Program-made: the position numbers and the translations under genes | Shown here: positions 60,895-64,000 of the stretch, in pieces | Layout of the letters: every line of letters starts with the position of its first letter | Position numbering within the stretch: position 1 is the stretch's first letter | Notes under the pieces: model-generated | The model's database searches: none | What the model saw: the letters and a program-made list of their open reading frames with translations, nothing else | Told to the model about the DNA's origin: nothing | Assembly (NCBI GenBank): GCA_963752285.1 | Contig: CAVVXN010000001.1 | Coordinates: 800,001-864,000, forward strand | Length of the DNA stretch: 64,000 nucleotides | Source of the DNA: an uncultured Planctomycetota bacterium | GTDB lineage: Bacteria > Planctomycetota > PLA2 > JAEUHO01 | Direction: 5' to 3'

Positions 60895-62430
60895 GTGAGC
60901 GAGGCGTCCTCCACCAACAAGTGGATCGTCGCCGGCACCGTCATGTTCGGGACGTTCGTGGCGGTGATGGACATCAGCGTCGTGAACGTGGCCCTGCCGC
61001 ACATGATGGGCACGTTCGGCGAGACGCTCTCCGCGATCACGTGGGTCGCGACCTCCTACAGCATCGCCGAGATCATCCTCGCGACGATGGCCGGGTGGTG
61101 GAGCACGCTCCTGGGTCGGAAGCGCCTCTACCTCGTGTCCTTCGGGGTCTTCACGCTGGGCTCGATCCTGGCGGGAACCGCGCGGACGTTCCCGCTGATG
61201 ATCGTGTTCCGCGTGATCCAGGGCATCGGCGGCGGCGCGCTGATCCCGGTCTCGCAGGCCATCCTCCGCGAGTCCTTCCCCAAGGAAGAGCAGGGGATGG
61301 CCATGGCCATCTACAGCATGGGCGTGGTCCTCGCGCCGGCCATCGGGCCGGTGCTCGGCGGATGGCTCACGGACGCGTACGGCTGGCCGTGGATCTTCTA
61401 CATCAACGTGCCCGTGTGCGTGATCGGCATGCTCCTGGTCGGAGCGTTCGTGCACGACCCCGAGTACCTGCGTCGCGGCGTGAAGAAGATCGACTGGACC
61501 GGCATCGGGCTGCTGGCCCTGGGCCTGACCGGGATGCAGATCGTCCTGGAGCGCGGCGAGCAGGAGAACTGGTTCGAGTCGAACGCGATCGTGCTGGTGT
61601 CCATCGCCACCGTCGTGGCCCTCGCGGTGCTCGTCTGGGTCGAGCTCAAGAGCCGGGAGCCGGTCGTGGACTTCCGAATCCTCAAGAACGTGCCCCTCGC
61701 CGTCGGCTCGGGCATGGGCCTCATCTTCGGCATTGCCCTCTTCGGCTCGACGTTCATCCTCCCGCAGTTCACGCAGGACCTCCTCGGCTACCCCGCGTTC
61801 GACGCCGGCCTGACGCTGCTCCCCCGCGCGATCACGCTCTTCCTGGTGATGCCGCTCGTGGGGAAGCTCTACGGGAAGATCGACTCTCGCGTCCTGGTCG
61901 GCCTCGGGCTCCTCGTCATCTTCTGGTCGTTTCACGACCTGGCCGGGCTCTCGCTCGACGCCGGCTTCTGGAACCTGGTGCCCATGCTCCTCCTGATGGG
62001 CGCGGGCATGCCGTTCATGTTCGTGACGCTCACGACCGTCTCGCTCAGCACGATCCCCCGCGAGGACATGACCCAGGCGTCCAGCATCTACACGCTGTCC
62101 CGCCGGGTGGGGGGGAACATCGGCTACGCGTTCGTCGCGACGATCGTCGCGCACCGCATGCAGCTCCACCGCGTGCGGCTGGTCGAGCACCTCACCCCGT
62201 ACGAGCCGCACGTCCGCGCGTGGATCGGCGGGCTGACGGAGCGCATGGCGGAAATCGGCCGTGGTCCGCGCGCCGCGGCCGACGCCGCCCTGAAGACCGT
62301 GGACGGCCTGGTCTCACGCCAGTCGGCGATGCTGGCCTACAACGACGCCTCACTGATCCTCGGCGTCCTCCTCCTGGTGACGATCCCGCTGATCTTCTTC
62401 CTCCCCGGCCGCCACGCCACCGGGAGCTGA
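60895..62430 (+). CDS. DHA2 family MFS efflux permease (EmrB-like)
   Basis: MDISVVNVALPHM, WVATSY, FRVIQGIGGG, APAIGPVLGGWLTD, WIFYINVP. Confidence 0.93.
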   Translation: MSEASSTNKWIVAGTVMFGTFVAVMDISVVNVALPHMMGTFGETLSAITWVATSYSIAEIILATMAGWWSTLLGRKRLYLVSFGVFTLGSILAGTARTFPLMIVFRVIQGIGGGALIPVSQAILRESFPKEEQGMAMAIYSMGVVLAPAIGPVLGGWLTDAYGWPWIFYINVPVCVIGMLLVGAFVHDPEYLRRGVKKIDWTGIGLLALGLTGMQIVLERGEQENWFESNAIVLVSIATVVALAVLVWVELKSREPVVDFRILKNVPLAVGSGMGLIFGIALFGSTFILPQFTQDLLGYPAFDAGLTLLPRAITLFLVMPLVGKLYGKIDSRVLVGLGLLVIFWSFHDLAGLSLDAGFWNLVPMLLLMGAGMPFMFVTLTTVSLSTIPREDMTQASSIYTLSRRVGGNIGYAFVATIVAHRMQLHRVRLVEHLTPYEPHVRAWIGGLTERMAEIGRGPRAAADAALKTVDGLVSRQSAMLAYNDASLILGVLLLVTIPLIFFLPGRHATGS

Positions 62431-62447
62431 CCCTCGGCGCCGCTACC

Positions 62448-63512
62448 ATGGGCGGCTCGCCCGGAGGCGGGACCGTCCCGGAGGGATTCCAGGTGACCAG
62501 GGAAGCGCTCGTGCATCCGGCCCTCGCGTCGATGGTCCGCGCCGTGCGGGCCGCGAGTCGCATCACGTGCGCGGTGCAGGCCGACCTCGTCTCGGCGGCG
62601 ACCTTGGGCAAGGAGGACCACAGCCCCGTGACGGTCGGCGACTTCGCGGCGCAGGCCGTCGTGGCCCGCACGCTTCGCGAGGCGTTCTCCGACGTGCCGC
62701 TCGTCGCGGAGGAGGGGACGGGGCTCCTCGCAAGGCCGGAGAACCGCGAGGTGCTCGAGGCGGTCGTGCGCGAGGTGCGCCGCGAGTGGAAGGACGCCGA
62801 GGCGGATGACGTCCTCTCCGCGATCGCGCACGGCGATCGCGAGGCGCGCGGCCTGCTCCGGTTCTTCACCCTCGATCCGATCGACGGGACGAAGGGATTC
62901 CTCCGCGGAGAGCACTACGCCGTCGCGCTGGCCCTGATCGAGGGCGGGCGTGTGGTCGCCGGCGTCCTCGCCGCGCCGAACCTGGAGGGCCAGGGCGGCG
63001 CGCGCGGCGCGCTCTTCGCGGCGAGCCGGGGCGAGGGCGCGTTCGAGCTGCCCCTCGGGGGCGGGGGCGAGGGCGGGGGCGAGGGCGGCGGCGAGGACGG
63101 GAGCGAGGGCCGCGCGATCGCCGTGTCGGGCGTCTCCGACCCGAGCCAGGTCCGGATCTGCGAGTCGGTGGTCAAGGCGCACTCGCACGGCGGGAAGGCG
63201 GCGGAGGTGGCGGCGCGCCTCGGTGTCGCCGTTTTGCCCGTGAGGATGGACAGCCAGGTCAAGTACGCGCTGGTCGCGCGGGGCGACGCCGAGCTCTATC
63301 TGCGCATCCCGCGCAACGACCAGTACGAGGAGAAGATCTGGGACCATGCGGCCGGTTCGCTCGTCGTGACGGAAGCCGGCGGGCGCGTGACCGACGTGCT
63401 CGGACGGCCCCTCGACTTCTCGCGCGGCCGGACCCTGGTCGAGAACTCGGGCATCGTCGCGAGCAACCGGCGTGTCCACGACGCGGTGCTCGCCGCGCTC
63501 CGCGAGATCTGA
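62448..63512 (+). CDS. 3'(2'),5'-bisphosphate nucleotidase, HAL2/CysQ type
   Basis: KEDHSPVTVGDF, VAEE, LDPIDGTKGFLRG, DSQVKY, EKIWDHAAG; start may be 62493. Confidence 0.9.
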   Translation: MGGSPGGGTVPEGFQVTREALVHPALASMVRAVRAASRITCAVQADLVSAATLGKEDHSPVTVGDFAAQAVVARTLREAFSDVPLVAEEGTGLLARPENREVLEAVVREVRREWKDAEADDVLSAIAHGDREARGLLRFFTLDPIDGTKGFLRGEHYAVALALIEGGRVVAGVLAAPNLEGQGGARGALFAASRGEGAFELPLGGGGEGGGEGGGEDGSEGRAIAVSGVSDPSQVRICESVVKAHSHGGKAAEVAARLGVAVLPVRMDSQVKYALVARGDAELYLRIPRNDQYEEKIWDHAAGSLVVTEAGGRVTDVLGRPLDFSRGRTLVENSGIVASNRRVHDAVLAALREI

Positions 63513-63521
63513 CGGTCCGTC

Positions 63522-64000
63522 GTGATCGCCGCACTTCTGGTCGGCGTCGCGTTCGGCTTCTTCGGATCGGTCCCGGTCGCCGGCCCCGTGTCCGTGGTCG
63601 TGTTCGTCCGCGGCGCGGAAGGGCACGTGCGAAGCGGCCTGGCCACCGCCATCGGCGGGGCCCTGGCGGAGGGGATCTACGCGTTCCTCGCGGTCTGGGG
63701 GTTCAGCACGTTCCTCGTGCGGCACCCCTGGATCGAGCCGGTCTCGAACGGACTCGCCGCGGCGATCCTGCTCCTCCTGGGCGTCCTGTTCCTCCGCCGC
63801 AAGCCCCACGAGCTCCCGAAGGACCCCGGGGCCCACGGGCGGAGCCTGTTCGTGGGGTTCCTGCTCGTCGCGCTGAACCCGACGCTCATCGCGACGTGGA
63901 CCGCCGCCACGGCGGTCCTCTACTCGAGCGGCCTCCTCTCGCTCGAACCGATCCGGGCGGTGCCCCTGGCGATCGGCGCCGCGGCGGGCATCGTGGCGTG
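63522..64000 (+). CDS. LysE family translocator, runs off window end
   Basis: MIAALLVGVAFGFFGSVPVAGPVSV...GGALAEGIY...GFLLVALNP; not in the ORF track because it has no stop in the window. Confidence 0.8.
   Translation, partial: MIAALLVGVAFGFFGSVPVAGPVSVVVFVRGAEGHVRSGLATAIGGALAEGIYAFLAVWGFSTFLVRHPWIEPVSNGLAAAILLLLGVLFLRRKPHELPKDPGAHGRSLFVGFLLVALNPTLIATWTAATAVLYSSGLLSLEPIRAVPLAIGAAAGIVA

Noticed and set aside
60921..62447. N-terminal 500 aa extension of the bisphosphate nucleotidase
   Set aside because: Off-frame overlap with the EmrB-like gene

Overview
High-GC bacterial chromosomal window. A Planctomycetota origin is inferred, not proven, from the planctomycete-type ECF sigma/Ser-Thr kinase pair, the HAL2-type phosphatase and the many HEAT and carboxypeptidase-regulatory-like proteins. 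Positions 1-17.9 kb are mostly housekeeping (rsfS, DinG helicase, Leu dehydrogenase, acyl-CoA ligase, topA, class II cAMP phosphodiesterase, CarH-like regulator). A tRNA(CAT), probably Ile2, at 17935-18008 anchors an accessory region to about 35.2 kb with visibly more A/T-rich genes. A 199-bp direct repeat (17960-18158 = 30281-30479) suggests two islands integrated in tandem. The region carries a broken tyrosine integrase, two copies of a DDE transposase segment, a HEPN-motif protein and three N-terminally truncated Rhs toxin/putative immunity cassettes. Two of the cassettes are bounded by conserved non-coding motifs and share a promoter-like leader. Positions 35-64 kb hold mixed metabolic, signalling and efflux genes. 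The stand-out gene there is a single ORF (55520-58168) fusing a DUF222-like domain, an HNH endonuclease and a complete RuvB-like AAA+ motor, with a hairpin leader upstream and palindromic repeats downstream. Starts were adjusted by eye and all products are motif-based calls without database searches.
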